Assembly: GCA_004764695.1 (NCBI GenBank)
Contig: SMSO01000036.1
Coordinates: 2,480,001-2,544,000 of the forward strand
Source: Schizochytrium sp. TIO01
Taxonomy: Eukaryota > Protista > Bigyra: Labyrinthulomycetes
DNA: 64,000 bases
Reading direction: 5' to 3'
Part shown: positions 1-12,580 of the stretch, piece after piece
Layout: the number at the start of each line of letters is the position of its first letter
How positions within the stretch are numbered: position 1 is the first letter of the stretch
Program-made: the position numbers and the translations under genes
The notes under the pieces: generated by a model
Seen by the model: the letters and a program-made list of their open reading frames with translations, nothing else
What the model was told of the DNA's origin: nothing
Databases searched by the model: none

Positions 1-1421
1 AATGCGCAAATGATCGATTTCAACAAGCTTGAAAATGCACATTCTATTTGATATTCTTCTTGTTACAAAGTTCGGGTGTCTTGAAAGAGTAAAATTCCAT
101 AATGTAGCTGCATGATTCGTAAGCCCTAAATACTTTTTTAGACAGAAGGCAACCCAGTATGCTAATAATCCCATACTACCGAAATGTCGTACAAATATAC
201 ACTCAACTTGACTGTAAATAAAGTACTCCATAGTTCTTTATAGCTCTTCCTAGGTTATGGCAGGTACCCTGCCTGCGAGCTATTTGTAAAAATAAAAGAG
301 CTAATCAGTTGATCAATTTATCTATCCAGACGATAACAAAAACTTTCCTTGTGCATGCATGATATCTTGCAACTTGGATCGATCAGCTGCATTTATGGAC
401 GTCTTCAGACCATTGATAGTGCCGGAATATACACATTCCAGTTTCAGAGTGACTCTCACATAGCTTAGAGCAATGTAACTTCCTTCATTCTGGTCGCTGC
501 AGGTGGCACATTAAAATAAGCCATGGCATTGCAAAAAGCTGCTACCCATGCTTCACTTCCACTAACTCCAAGTCCATAAACACTGTATTCGCAACCAGTC
601 AAGCTATCCATCCTTTCAAAGTCAAATCTACTCCATTTGCCTCATCATCCTCGCCTCACAATTTCATTTATCCCTCCAAAAAAAGAAAAAGGAGAAAGAT
701 TCCAAACTTGGTACGATAATCCCAAACTTCAAAACGATTAGCACTCGTGCGAGAAGTGACAGACTTCATGCTGAATCGCAGCTCCATCCGTCAGCCACCT
801 CCATCTCAAAGAAAGAAGAAATCTCCATTTCCTCAAGCTTCTACCCAGCTAATACCAGCTAGCTGTGGCTACTGGCCAGATCCCACTGTTTCCAAGACCC
901 CAGCAGCAGGCTCAAGGTCCCCCATTCACGACATGGAATCCATCTTCGCCTTCGAAACACGAAGCACGAAAACTTTGTTCGGGCTACCACAATCACACAC
1001 AACGAAGGAACTCAGCACGCGACTGCACGTGGGCTCTTACATTTACCTGTTCCTGTTCCTTCTCCACCTGCCTCTCTGCGCCGCGACCCTCCTTTGAGCG
1101 AGTGGGTGAGCAGGCAGGCTGGAGGTCGCTTTCGAGGGCTCTGTGGCGCCGCCGAAGATCGCAGAGTGACCGGAGCAAGAAGGAAGGCGCAGCTGTCGAG
1201 GCCGTCGAAATGCATGAGAAGCGCGCACGCGAGCACGCACGCACGCAGGACTAGCTAGCTAGGTATGGGCAGCAGCAGCAGCACCACTCGGCTATTGGCT
1301 TTGCAGGCGTTCCGCTCCGCGGCAGTCACTCAGGCAGGCGCAAGCCAAGCTTTCGGAAAGCTTCTGAAGGTCTCACGCGTGCATCGTCTGTGCTGTTGTT
1401 TGATTGGTTATTTGTTTGTGC

Positions 1422-1570
1422 GTTTGAATTTTTGGGCGTTTGAATTTTTGGGTGTTTGAATTTTTGGGTGTTTGAATGTTTGAATGATTGAATATTTGAA
1501 TGTTTGAATGTTTGAATGTTTGAAAATTTGAATGTTTGAATGTTTGAATGTTTGAATGGTTGAATGATTG
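1422..1570. repeat. Compound minisatellite: three ~16-bp units (GTTTGAATTTTTGGGY) followed by about 12-13 copies of the 8-mer GTTTGAAT with variants
   Basis: Tandem periodicity is directly visible; it produces the spurious (NIQTFKHS)n ORFs on the minus strand. Confidence 0.9.
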
Positions 1571-3344
1571 ACTAAATGATTGATTAAAGCGCTTTGAACG
1601 ATCCATTGACAACAATCCGCAGAACTTGAATGAAAAACATCGTCTCTCAAAGTATGAAAGGAAGGGAGAAAGGGAAGAACCCAAACAAAGAAGTAGGCAC
1701 AGCCACGGTTAACGTAAACACTAGGTAGAAGATTAGGGACTGCCGAAGGGAGTCTCTAAAAAGCAAAAGTCTCAAGGTTTCCGAGGAAAGGCTGAGGGGT
1801 CAAAAACTAAGATAAACAAATTGAAATTGAGGCGAGAGCGAGCTCCTCGCGCCGCAAGGAGCCGCCACCTGACAGAGAAGCGTCCTGAGGCGTGCCCAGG
1901 GACGAGCAAGGGAGGAGGCGGCGGCAGCGCCACCAGAGAGACGGAGAGCCAGACAAGCTCGGCACAACTCCGTCAAGCAAAAAGGTTCCACGCGCTTGCA
2001 GAAACTCGATCAAGCTTGGAAAAACCTCTTCTTATTCATCGCTTTCATTATTGTTATTTCTTTGAACTAAAAAAAATAAAATAATAATAATGGGAAAAAA
2101 AGAATAAGAAAACCTTCAACGAAAGAATCTCTCAAAGGCTGGTTCTTCTTCTTCCCAACACGAGTCCTACTTTACCTACGGAGACTCCTACCAAAGGTGC
2201 GCTCGTGCGGCCCAGGCGCGTGCCCACCCCCACAGCGAGGGGAACCCGCACTTCGTTTTCGACCCTGGCCGGACCAGTTCCCTGTGTTCCCTCGAGGAAT
2301 CTGGGGTTTCCCCGCGTTCCCTTATTGTTCAATTTGTTCCATTTCGGAGGGCACGTGGAGAACGCGTTCTGGGTGTTCTGTTGGTTGCTCGTAGAGAACA
2401 CCCGACCTGCGGCCACACGTAAACACAAGACACGGAGTTATGTGTAGTGGTTTGGTATGGAGGAAACGAGGGTTCTGGTGGGAAGTAAGCAAAAAGGCAC
2501 AGCCGCAGTGAAGAGATGGCATGAAAAGAGGATAGGCAAACCGCGTTAGATAAAAGTCCACCTCGATCTGCGGGTCCCTCTCCCGCGGAAAAGCTTTGGC
2601 GTCCACGACGTCATTGGCGGAGGAGGAGAGGCGAAGCTGGAACAGGGGCCTCTGCCTCTATCCAAACGAGCGGAGTAGATAACCAGGCTATCCTCCGGAG
2701 GAGAAGGGCCTCCCGCGGCGGTGTTTTTTTAGATCGAAATCGAATCGTTTGGATTTGACTTTTAATAGTAAAAAAAAGAGAAGAAAGAAGAAGAAGTCTC
2801 AAGCTTTTACGAGGGCCGGTGCAGGAAGACAAACGCGAGCCGAGCCTGCAAGAAAGCGCCTTGCTCGAGAACCAAGCTACGGGGTTTCCTCTCCTTCCTC
2901 CTGCAACTGCCACTTCTCCTTTCACAAGGTCTCTGCTTCGTGAAAAACTTGTCGTATAGGCGGGTTCGCACACACAAACATCAAAAGCACAGAAGGAGGC
3001 GTGTGCTCTAATATATTACTACTGTCTTATTGCACATCGCGTACGAAAGATCAACTTGTGGTCCTTAGAGTATAAGCAACATCATCTCCTTGTGCAAAAG
3101 GTGAGGTTAGATCAGGTCGAAATCGATATCTTCATCAGATTGCTGTTTGAGGATCTGCGACTTTCAGGAACTGGCCACCAGGGACAACGTGTGGGTGCTC
3201 TGAAACTTGGACTGCGAGCAACGAAAAGACAGCACAGCCCATAATTGGTATAAAGGGTCCCTTTACTCTATAGCAGAGTTATTTCCACACCAAAGCGGAG
3301 TAGTTTCCGTGGACGAAACTGCAAACAGCGAACTTGTAAGGGAA

Positions 3345-6300
3345 ATGACAGCTCCTTCACCAACAGTAGTGATGGCCATCGAGGGAATGATGTGTCAGAA
3401 AAACTGCGGAACAACAATTGAAAATTCACTACGAAAAGTAACACAGCAGTTCAGTCCTGTGGAAGTTATCGTTTCGCACGCCTTGTCCGCAGCGCTTGTT
3501 TATGCACCCAAGCAGCATCTGAACTCGAATCAGCTAACTGAGGCGGTTGAGATGATGGGATTCGATGCTATCGAAGTTGTTGAACCTGAACATGCCCAAG
3601 CTCTGGAATCGCACCTCCGCCGTGATGCAATTAAACGTGGTGCACCTCATTTCCAAATTATGGTCTTCAGAATCGAGGGTATGATGTGTCAAAAGTCCTG
3701 CGGAACAACAGTTGCTAATTCTATTCAATCAGTAGCACCAAATTCTCACGTTGTGGTCTCACATCCCTTAGCTGCAGCACTCGTAGAAGGCTTGGAAATT
3801 CCGAGTGCAACGACGGTTATTGATTCTATCGAAATGGTAGGTTTTGATGCTGAGGAAGTCTTGGATCCTAAGGAAGAAGACAATCTATGCAAGCAACTTC
3901 GTGAAGAGGCGCGTCTTCGTTCCCCGCCACCCCTTCCTCAAAAAAAGGCGCAACGGTTTAGCACAATGATCACAATTGTGCTGAAAATTGAAGGTATGAT
4001 GTGCCAGAAAAATTGTGGATCCACAGTGAAGAGCTCTCTTCAATCGGCAGCACCAAATGCAAACATTATTGTTTCCTTTGCGCTTGGTGCAGCACTGATT
4101 GAGGGAGCTGAGATCCCAAGTGCTCGTGATCTCATTGAGGCCGTAGAGATAGTGGGGTTCGATGCAGAGCAGGTTTTTGATTATCGTGAGCTCGCCGACA
4201 AACTTCTCAATGAGGAACGTCTTCGCCTGCAAGATGATTTGTCTCTGCCTCTCCCCCCGAAACCTCCTAAACCTAGTTCTTTATTTCTTAAGCCACCGCC
4301 GAAGGCTATTGCCCCAGAGAAAGTGGTTGTATTGAAGATTGAAGGCATGATGTGCCAAAAGAACTGTGGAACGACTGTGTCAAATACACTGAAAGCTGCA
4401 GCCCCTGGGGCCATGGTTCTGGTATCATTTCCCCTAGCTGCGGCATCTATTCGAGGGCCTGCGATCCCAGACGCCAAGGTTCTTGTCGAGGCTGTTGAAA
4501 TAGTTGGGTTTGATGCGGAAGAAGTTTCTGCCCCAGTGGAAGCCCAATCTCTAGCGCAACGACTTTCTCTTGAATGCACTTCTGGTACACCCAAGTCTTC
4601 AGCTTCTGACAGCAAGTCTTCACAAATGGTTCTTTTACGAGTTTTGGGAATGGTGTGTCAAAAGAATTGTGGTTCAACTGTAACGACTGCTCTGCAGCGG
4701 GCGGCACCTCGTGCAGACCACGTTATTGTTTCTCATCCTTTAGAGGCAGCCCTAATTGAGGGAGATGACATCCCACCAGCACATGACTTGGTAAGCGCTG
4801 TTGAAATGATTGGATTTGATGCTGAAGTCTTGAACCCGGTTGGCCAAGACGTTCTTATTCAGGGTTTGCGCATGGCGACTCCCTCACTCTCGGCCACCAC
4901 CCAACATGCATTGCCTTTCCAAGAACATAGTTCAAGCAACAAGGATCAGGATGATGAAAATGGTGGAAGCGAAACAGACCGCCTTATGAGCTTCCAACCT
5001 TCTGGACACAGCAGCACTGATTCAATTGCAATTCGTGTAGATCAAGATATTTCTTCGCTTGCACATTGTCGCCGTGCAGAGCTCCAAATTCAAGGAATGA
5101 CTTGTGCAGCATGCGTTGCCAATGTCGAACGGAACGTGGGTAAAGTCAAAGGCGTGCACTCTATCTCGGTAGCCTTGATCGCCGAAAAGGCATCTATCGA
5201 GTACGATCCTGCTGTTGTAAACGGCCAGGCACTTGCAGACGCTGTGAGTGGGCTCGGTTACCGTGGTACGGTGCTTGAGGAGGACCTACCCTTCGGAGAA
5301 GGCCAGGCAGGGATGGGCACTCTTTGTTTGAATGTTTGGAGTTTAGGTGGAGGTCCTGGCTTCGAAGATGTCACGAAGCATCTTCTTGAGCCTTTACGCA
5401 ACACTGAGGGTGTCATTTCTGCAGATGTAGATCTCTGTGGGCTCTTGAAAATCAAACATATTAACGCAGAGATCGGCGCGAGGACACTTTTCGAGACTGT
5501 TGAAAAACTGGGGTACGGCTGTGAGCTTGCTCAGAATGAGACCGCTGCTGCTTCTGATGATATGATGGTGTACTACCGCCAAAAGTTTTTTGGATCGCTT
5601 TTGTTCACTTTCCCAATCATGTTCCTCAGCATGGTTTGCCCTTCAATTCCTTTCCTGATGGGGCCTCTCGAGCATATGGTAGGTCCTCTCGCCGTGAACT
5701 ACCATTCGTTGCTACTTTGGCTTTTGACCACCCCAGTTCAGTTCTACTTCGGTGGTCGCTTCTATAGGAACGCCTTTAACGCCCTACGCCATGGTGCAGC
5801 CAATATGGATGTCCTGGTGGTTCTTGGGACCAGCTCGGCTTACATCTACTCCATGGCCTCCTTAGTCATTGCGATTTGCAAAAATCACGTGTCGAAGGAA
5901 GGCATGCGCGATGCTCATTTCTTTGAGACCTCAGCCATGCTTATTTCTTTTATCTTGCTTGGCAAGTTTTTAGAGTCTTACGCGCGGAGTCGCACCGCAG
6001 ATGCAATTACTGCTCTGATGGATCTCCAGGTAGACTATGCTACGCTTGTTGAATATGATGTAGCGGATGACCCAGCGGAGAAATCGAAGAGTTTATCAAA
6101 CAAAAACCATGCGTCAGAGCGTGAAATTGATGTTCGCCTTGTGCAGATGGGTGATCACTTGAAGGTTTTTCCAGGACAACGAGTTCCTGTTGATGGCGAA
6201 ATCGTCTCAGGATCATCAAGTGTGGACGAATCAATGCTCACGGGCGAGGCAGCACCAGTGCAAAAAACAATTGGGGATAACGTGACTGGTTGCACTGTGA

Positions 6301-7925
6301 ATTGTACAGGCACTTTTATTATGAGGGCAACCCGCGTAGGATCAGATACTGCCTTGGCCCAGATCATGCGCCTTGTGGAGGACGCTCAGACAAGCAAGGC
6401 GCCAATTCAGGAATATGCTGACACAGTGGCAAAATACTTTGTTCCAATTGTTGTGATGGTAGCCTTTCTTACATGGTTCGTGTGGACTTGTATTATCATG
6501 TTCATGAAACCCACACCTTCGTACCTGGAGCATCTCGATCCTTCAGAAGAGTTCGTCTTTGCGTTTAAGTTTGGTGTCGCAGTGCTTGTTGTTTCATGCC
6601 CCTGTGCCCTGGGTCTCGCAACACCGACCGCTGTTATGGTAAGCACTGGAGTTGGTGCACGCCATGGTATCTTGATCAAGGGTGGTGACGCGATCGAGGC
6701 AGCTTCTCGTGTAACTGCAGTCGTATTTGACAAAACAGGTACGCTTACCAAGGGAACTCCTATTGTAACTGAGGTACTTAACACAAGTTCGCCACCTATT
6801 CGTGATGAGGAATTGTTTGCGTACGTTGGAGCTGCTGAGAAAGGGTCTGAGCACCCTGTTGCAAAAGCAATTGTTCAGTTTGCAGAAAGACACTGCTCTC
6901 CTGGTGCATTGGGACAATATATTGCAGATAGTTTTGAGGCTTTACCCGGCTTTGGCATTGATGTGACATTTGCAGACCAGACACGTGTCCTCGTAGGTAA
7001 CCGCAAGCTTATGAAGCGAGCTCAAATCTCTATCCCGTCTGAGCATGAATCCTTCATGAACGAACACGAGGGGCAAGGTACAGTAGTTCTTATCGCTTTT
7101 CAGCCGGCTGTTCGGCCTGGAGACATGCCTTGTTTGGAGGTTGTAGGTGCCATTGCAGTTCAAGACCCTCTTAAAGAAAATGCTGCTTACGTTGTAAGCA
7201 TGCTTAGAATGCTGAATGTGCGTGTATATATGTTATCTGGCGACAACCAGCGCACGGCATCTGCAATGGCTGCCCGCTGTGGAATCGACCCAGACTGTGT
7301 GTTTGGCAATTGTTTGCCCAAACAAAAGTCAACCCGTATTTCACGCCTTCAGAAGGAAGGGTATCGCGTGGCAATGGTTGGTGATGGTATTAATGACTCG
7401 CCAGCTCTGACCTTGGCCGATTTGGGTGTGGCTGTTGGTGCTGGCACAGATATTGCCATGAAATCAGCCGACGCAGTTCTTATTCGCTCGAACCTGCTTG
7501 ATGTTGCTGTTCTACTGGATATGGCCCGCGCTACGATTTCTCGCATCCGTCTGAACTTTTTCTTTTCTTTCATCTATAACCTTTTGTGCATTCCGCTTGC
7601 AGCTGGTTTGATGTATCCTTGGTTTCATGTGCGCCTGCCGCCAGCACTTGCTGGTTTCATGATGGCAATGTCATCTGTCTCGGTGGTGTGTTCCTCCCTG
7701 CTTCTTCGCCGTTATCGCCCGCCTCGATTCATGAATGTAGACTTTGATCTTTCAAGTGATACGATGAAGTTTCGCACGCAGCAGCCCCGTTCTTCGGTTG
7801 AAATGATTGACTACAATCTGAACAGACTGCGCCCAGGTCACGGCATCCGGTATGACAAGATTCAGCCGTCCAGCGAATCGGAGAATGACAGCCTCGAATC
7901 AGATGATGAGCCGTTGCGATACTAA
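3345..7925 (+). CDS. ATP7: Copper-transporting P1B-type ATPase (ATP7/CCC2/RAN1-like), ~1526 aa
   Basis: Motifs LTGE, TM CPC ([12 protein letters not shown]), DKTGT, SEHP, GDGIND, YN and MxxSS (the Cu+ P1B-1 signature). Five N-terminal GMxCQKxC HMA repeats plus one canonical GMTCAAC and one Cys-less HMA-like unit. First ATG is 3345; the ORF track starts at a TTG (3207). Confidence 0.95.
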   Translation: MTAPSPTVVMAIEGMMCQKNCGTTIENSLRKVTQQFSPVEVIVSHALSAALVYAPKQHLNSNQLTEAVEMMGFDAIEVVEPEHAQALESHLRRDAIKRGAPHFQIMVFRIEGMMCQKSCGTTVANSIQSVAPNSHVVVSHPLAAALVEGLEIPSATTVIDSIEMVGFDAEEVLDPKEEDNLCKQLREEARLRSPPPLPQKKAQRFSTMITIVLKIEGMMCQKNCGSTVKSSLQSAAPNANIIVSFALGAALIEGAEIPSARDLIEAVEIVGFDAEQVFDYRELADKLLNEERLRLQDDLSLPLPPKPPKPSSLFLKPPPKAIAPEKVVVLKIEGMMCQKNCGTTVSNTLKAAAPGAMVLVSFPLAAASIRGPAIPDAKVLVEAVEIVGFDAEEVSAPVEAQSLAQRLSLECTSGTPKSSASDSKSSQMVLLRVLGMVCQKNCGSTVTTALQRAAPRADHVIVSHPLEAALIEGDDIPPAHDLVSAVEMIGFDAEVLNPVGQDVLIQGLRMATPSLSATTQHALPFQEHSSSNKDQDDENGGSETDRLMSFQPSGHSSTDSIAIRVDQDISSLAHCRRAELQIQGMTCAACVANVERNVGKVKGVHSISVALIAEKASIEYDPAVVNGQALADAVSGLGYRGTVLEEDLPFGEGQAGMGTLCLNVWSLGGGPGFEDVTKHLLEPLRNTEGVISADVDLCGLLKIKHINAEIGARTLFETVEKLGYGCELAQNETAAASDDMMVYYRQKFFGSLLFTFPIMFLSMVCPSIPFLMGPLEHMVGPLAVNYHSLLLWLLTTPVQFYFGGRFYRNAFNALRHGAANMDVLVVLGTSSAYIYSMASLVIAICKNHVSKEGMRDAHFFETSAMLISFILLGKFLESYARSRTADAITALMDLQVDYATLVEYDVADDPAEKSKSLSNKNHASEREIDVRLVQMGDHLKVFPGQRVPVDGEIVSGSSSVDESMLTGEAAPVQKTIGDNVTGCTVNCTGTFIMRATRVGSDTALAQIMRLVEDAQTSKAPIQEYADTVAKYFVPIVVMVAFLTWFVWTCIIMFMKPTPSYLEHLDPSEEFVFAFKFGVAVLVVSCPCALGLATPTAVMVSTGVGARHGILIKGGDAIEAASRVTAVVFDKTGTLTKGTPIVTEVLNTSSPPIRDEELFAYVGAAEKGSEHPVAKAIVQFAERHCSPGALGQYIADSFEALPGFGIDVTFADQTRVLVGNRKLMKRAQISIPSEHESFMNEHEGQGTVVLIAFQPAVRPGDMPCLEVVGAIAVQDPLKENAAYVVSMLRMLNVRVYMLSGDNQRTASAMAARCGIDPDCVFGNCLPKQKSTRISRLQKEGYRVAMVGDGINDSPALTLADLGVAVGAGTDIAMKSADAVLIRSNLLDVAVLLDMARATISRIRLNFFFSFIYNLLCIPLAAGLMYPWFHVRLPPALAGFMMAMSSVSVVCSSLLLRRYRPPRFMNVDFDLSSDTMKFRTQQPRSSVEMIDYNLNRLRPGHGIRYDKIQPSSESENDSLESDDEPLRY

Positions 7926-9230
7926 TCATCCTCGAAAACGAGAAAAAGCTTTTTCTAAAAATATACCATCTGCAACAGTAAACACTGACCTGAGGCTGTT
8001 TATATTAATTCGCCCGTATAGGCAACTCTCTTCTATTGCTGCATGCAGCATCATGTTTTTTTAGTTGAAATAGAATCCCTATAAATTGACTGTTTTATTA
8101 CTCTAGCTAGATAGATGTACCTTTTTGCGTCATGCTTCTTCCTTTCTGGAAAGGAAAGAAGCCCCTCCTCAGTCCGTCGGGTGCCCTTGACATCGTGTCT
8201 ATTACTCTGAATATTCGAGTGACTCGCACTAAGCCAGCACTAGCGGGTCTGGCTGCATCAGCCGTTTGTATGCTTACTATTCCGAACGTTCCACTTGCAG
8301 GAATATTTGGAATTCTTCAGCGTGGATTGATTCGTTCTTCGGACTCTTTCCATGTTAACATTGAGAGCAAAAGAACTCTCTACTCTCCTGCTACTACTAC
8401 ACCTCACCTCCATTGCCAACAACCTGCGAACGAACCATAGCCCACCAACTCCGCATCCAAGCGTTCCATGGAGCAAGAATCGTAGCAGTTCACGGCCTCG
8501 TTTTGATTCATCTCATCATCTCATCGAGCGCCTTGCCTTTTGTACAATCTTCGTCGAAGAAGTATTCCCTAACCAACTCATAGAGGGCACGCTAGGACCC
8601 CGCAAAAGCAAAACCATCGCAGAGGCCATGGAAACGCAAGAATTGCAATGTCCATCGACGACCTCGAAGGTACCTACCTACCCACCACCCACTTGGTAGC
8701 CCAATAGTGGTCCAGAAGCCTCGCTCTCTGCACCGACCTCCACCGCAGCAGCGTCTAGGCCGAGTTCGCGAGCCCCACGCACGCAATGAGGTCGTTGAAA
8801 GCAGCCCGCAGCTTTTCCGGAGGGAGCGGGACCCCTCAAAAGCCCAATGCAATTAACTAATCAATTAAATGCTCAATTAATTGATCCATCCATCGATCAA
8901 TGAATCAATTGCGCTTCTTTGGAGCTGTTCTTCATCACTTTTGCTCTCGAGAGCTGAGATCGAATAGTTCTGACGACTGACGGAGAAGAAGACATTGGCA
9001 GAATCAGCTGTCCCTGAACAGATAGATGGCAATGGCGATCATGGCTGGATGGCTGGCTCGCTTCGAATCGCTTCGAGGCGACAACAGTATCAGAGAGGAC
9101 GATGGAATTGCAATTGGTACGACGACCATTGTCGATGCGGACACTGACGTTGGAAACGAAGTGAGCGAATCAATCACATGAATGACATGAATACCTGTGC
9201 ATCATCCATCTATCTATAAACAAACCAACG

Positions 9231-9316
9231 AACAAACAAACAAACAAACAAACAAACAAACAAACAAACAAACAAACAAACAAACAAACAAACAAACAGA
9301 CAAACAAACAGACAAA
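9231..9316. repeat. (AAAC)n microsatellite
   Basis: About 20 tandem AAAC units, with AGAC variants at the end. Confidence 0.95.
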
Positions 9317-9755
9317 GATGGACCTGTCCAACCAAGTCTCGTGTAGATAGGCGCAAAAGTCGAGAGGACTCATTGACAGAGAAAACAAACCTAAGCAATG
9401 AAGGAATTTCGAGGGCCTATATGGCGAAAGAGAAGGAGAATGAGAAGAAGAAGCAGAAGGAATTAATTCATTCATTAATTTAATTAATTTAATTAATTTA
9501 GTTAATTTAATAATTGACGGGAAATGGCTTAAGAGGGCACTACAGAGCGGTAAGAGGTAGCTTGCTCGGTAGGAGTGTCTAGTCGTAGTTATAGTTAAAA
9601 TATAAATATAATCGTAATTATAATTGAGTGATTAATTGATTGATTGATTAACTGAATCAACGCATGAAGATAAAGAAAGGACTTATTGAAAAGAAGGAGC
9701 GAAGACATGCCTCGGAATGAAGGGATCATCGATTGATCGCTCAATGGGATGCTCA

Positions 9756-9794
9756 TTGTTTGTTTGTTTGTTTGTCTGTCTGTCTGTCTGTCTG
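9756..9794. repeat. (TTTG)n(TCTG)n compound microsatellite
   Basis: Directly visible; it is the opposite-orientation relative of the 9231-9316 repeat. Confidence 0.85.
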
Positions 9795-10128
9795 TTGCGA
9801 CTAATCATCTGAGAAAGGATGGAGGTAGGTGCTTGCTGGGTTGTTTGTTGCTGTTTGTTGCTGTTGTTGCGGATATTATTAATAATATTGGCGATGACAG
9901 TAAATGAAAGATAAATAATAATATGGAAAGAAAACAAATGATATTCATTCAATATTTAATTTCGTTGTTCTTCCACAGGAAAGGGCAAGGCAAAGCCAAG
10001 TCTGCGGAGGCGCAGAGGAAGAGCAGGGACGCTCTTGACAGACCTCGACGGCGGCGCGTACGCACGATCTGGACAGGCCGGCCTTCTATCGCTTCCTTCC
10101 TTCCGGCTCCCTCCCTCTCTCCTCCGCC

Positions 10129-12580
10129 ATGGCGGACGAGGAGTCCCACATGCCTGCCTCCACGGAGGCCATCTCCCTAGAGGCCTCCACGCACAACCCG
10201 TCCTCCGACGATGCCGACGACGCACCCCTCGCTGGCATCGAGGATGCCGACGACCGCCCCCGCGACGACGATGACCTCGAGGAGCCCTCCGCCGGCACCG
10301 ACAACCGCTGGCACGACGTCCTCGGCGGCGGCACCGTCATGCGACGCACGGTAAGCCCGGGTTCGGGCCCGAGTCCGGAGTACAAATGTGCAGCATACGT
10401 GCACTACGTTGCACGCATTCAAGGTCACGAGGACACGTATGAGAATACTCGGGACCTTGGAGAAGATCCTGTGGAGGTGGTGATTGGGGACAATATTATG
10501 GAGACCGTGGTGCCGGGTCTGATGTTGGGTATTAGATTGATGAAAGAAGGCGAGATTGCGGACATAAAGGTTAACCATCGGTTTGGGTATGCCGACCAAG
10601 GGTTCAAGGACTTGGTTGGTCCGAATGAAGATATTGAGTTCAGAGTAGAACTGGTCCGGGTGGGCGAAAGGGAGAAAGAACCGGTGGAGATGGACCCCCA
10701 GGAACTTATTCATCATGTGCGCAAGCGCAAGGAGAGGGGAAATGCGTTCTTCGCGCTCGATCGCATCGATAAGGCGTTGCAATGCTATCAAGGATGGACT
10801 CAAGAGGAGTGAGTCTCACCTACCGCCAGCACCACAACCTGGGGAAGAACCGCCCCCGGAGCCGGAACATGACCCGTACAACGATAACCCAGAACTCATC
10901 AAACTGCGAGCTCAGTGTGCAGGAAACGCCGCTGCATGTTTCGAGAAACTCAAGAAGTGGAAGGAGGCAGGAGATGCATGCGTTGCAGCGCTCGCACTTG
11001 ACCCGCAGAACCTCAAGTATCTCCTTCGCGCGGCAAATGTATCAACCATGCGGGGAAACTTCGAGGAGGCCAAGGCCTGCCTCCACACAGCTAAACTCGT
11101 GTACCCGGATAATCCGTCTGTATCCGTTGCAGTGCGCAAGTTTAAGTCTCATGTCAGTGCTTATAAGGAGAAGGAGAAGGAAGCATACGGTGGCTTCCTT
11201 CACCAGTCGGGAGCTTCCTCGTCATCATCCTCATCGTCTTCTGCACAAGCTGCAGAAACAACAACAACGCCCTCCACACGGGCAACATCTTCATCATCTT
11301 CAGCATTCGCCTCTTCGCCTCGTACAACAGGATCTTCATCGTCTTCATCCTCCTCTTCAATGTCTGCTTCGCCACAACAGTATCAATCAGGAATAAATGA
11401 AAGTGTGCCGCACGAGTCTGGATCTTCAGGCGTAGGATCCTCATCCTCAATATCTGGTTCGTCTTCTTCAGTAGCGTCTGGATCTGCTGCTGGATCACCT
11501 GCTTCGAGCACAGACTCTCCAGCCGCTTCTGATGACCCTCATCCCGTGGCAGCTGGGGAGCCAACATCTGGCACGCACAAAAGAAGACGTCGCATGAGCA
11601 CTCAGCAGCGTCTCTTCAACCTCATGGTCCTTCTTGCTCCGACTTTAGTTGCTGTTCTTGCATTTGTGGTTATTCTTCCTTCTCAGGCTACCGCAGCACC
11701 AGTTCTGGCAAAAGAAACAAACCTTATGGGGGCATGGGCAAATGAGTCTAAAGACCTCGCTCAAAAAATTCTGCGTGATGCATCTTTGGACTCTCTAACT
11801 TGCGAGGGAAGGCAGCAACGAGGATCCTGCTGTATCTGCCAAAATATTATGCAGCAGGCTGCAATGCGCCAAGAAAAGGCCAAGAATGCCTACCCGGAGC
11901 GCTCTGTGCAGGTGGGTTTTCGTCAGGACGGAAAGCGCTTTTTGCCATTCCACCTCTCAGAAGAGGTTGGACTCACCATTTTAGAGCGCATTTGCGGTCG
12001 CTTCCCAGTAGATATCCCGGCTGATCACCCAGATATGGATGAAGCTAAGAGGGCTTCTAACAAGGCTTGCCATGCCTTCCTGGACAGCTTTCACGATGAC
12101 TTCCTCAAAGTGTTGACAACGCCATTTCCAGATGAAGCATCTTTGATCAAACGAGCCTGTTCTGAGGTTATTGGGGTTTGCCCAGTGCGCACACATAAGT
12201 GGTATGAAACAATTCGTGAACTTGGGTTTGCATACATGAACATGCCGTGTACTGTTTGCACTGGCGTAAGTAATTTGCTCACTGAGACAAAGCAGAACAC
12301 CGATCTCGATACTCTTTTGGCTTTGCTCCGGGCCCCTTCATCGATGTGTGCTCAGTTGAGGGTAAATATTCCAGCACAGGAAACAAGGGTTTCCCAAGTG
12401 GCCAGTGTGATTGGCGATGCATGCATTGATTTGATCTACGAAAACCGCGCTGTGATCAAGGAGATTCTGAAAGGCGACAACTCTACGGAGGGTAGCTCAT
12501 CTTCCTGTCCTCGTGAGTTAAATATTCAGCTTTGTGCTGCGCACTGCCCTGCCAGTGTTCTTGAAATGGCTGAAATATAA
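10129..12580 (+). CDS. FKBP-type PPIase + TPR + Ser-rich linker + TM/signal-like segment + two saposin-like (Canopy/CNPY-like) domains; interrupted by a +1 frameshift at ~10788-10789 (~816 aa if repaired)
   Basis: FKBP domain (VHYVARI...VVPGLMLGIRLMKEGE...FGY...IEFRVEL). TPR1 KERGNAFF..DKALQCY continues as KDGLKR in the +1 frame, then TPR2/3 (GNAAACFEKLKKWKEA..ALALDPQNLKYLLRAA). KRRRR precedes hydrophobic LFNLMVLLAPTLVAVLAFVVIL. Two CxxC...C...C...C...C saposin patterns follow. Confidence 0.8.

Noticed and set aside
1422-1570. Regular short repeats resembling a CRISPR array or telomeric tract
   Set aside because: Contiguous 8/16-mers without unique spacers, not TTAGGG-like, no cas genes, and a eukaryotic context.
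747-3244. Many short overlapping ORFs upstream of the Cu-ATPase
   Set aside because: No recognisable domains; they arise from GC-rich promoter/UTR sequence and repeats. A minus-strand donor-like site near 1046 hints at a gene leaving the window but cannot be supported.
8132-9200. Short ORFs and a possible minus-strand transcript between the ATPase and FKBP genes
   Set aside because: No ORF with recognisable homology or consistent coding pattern; transcript data would be needed.
10809-10814. GTGAGT donor as an intron explanation for the FKBP frameshift
   Set aside because: No AG in the required phase within ~200 nt, and a longer intron would delete TPR2.
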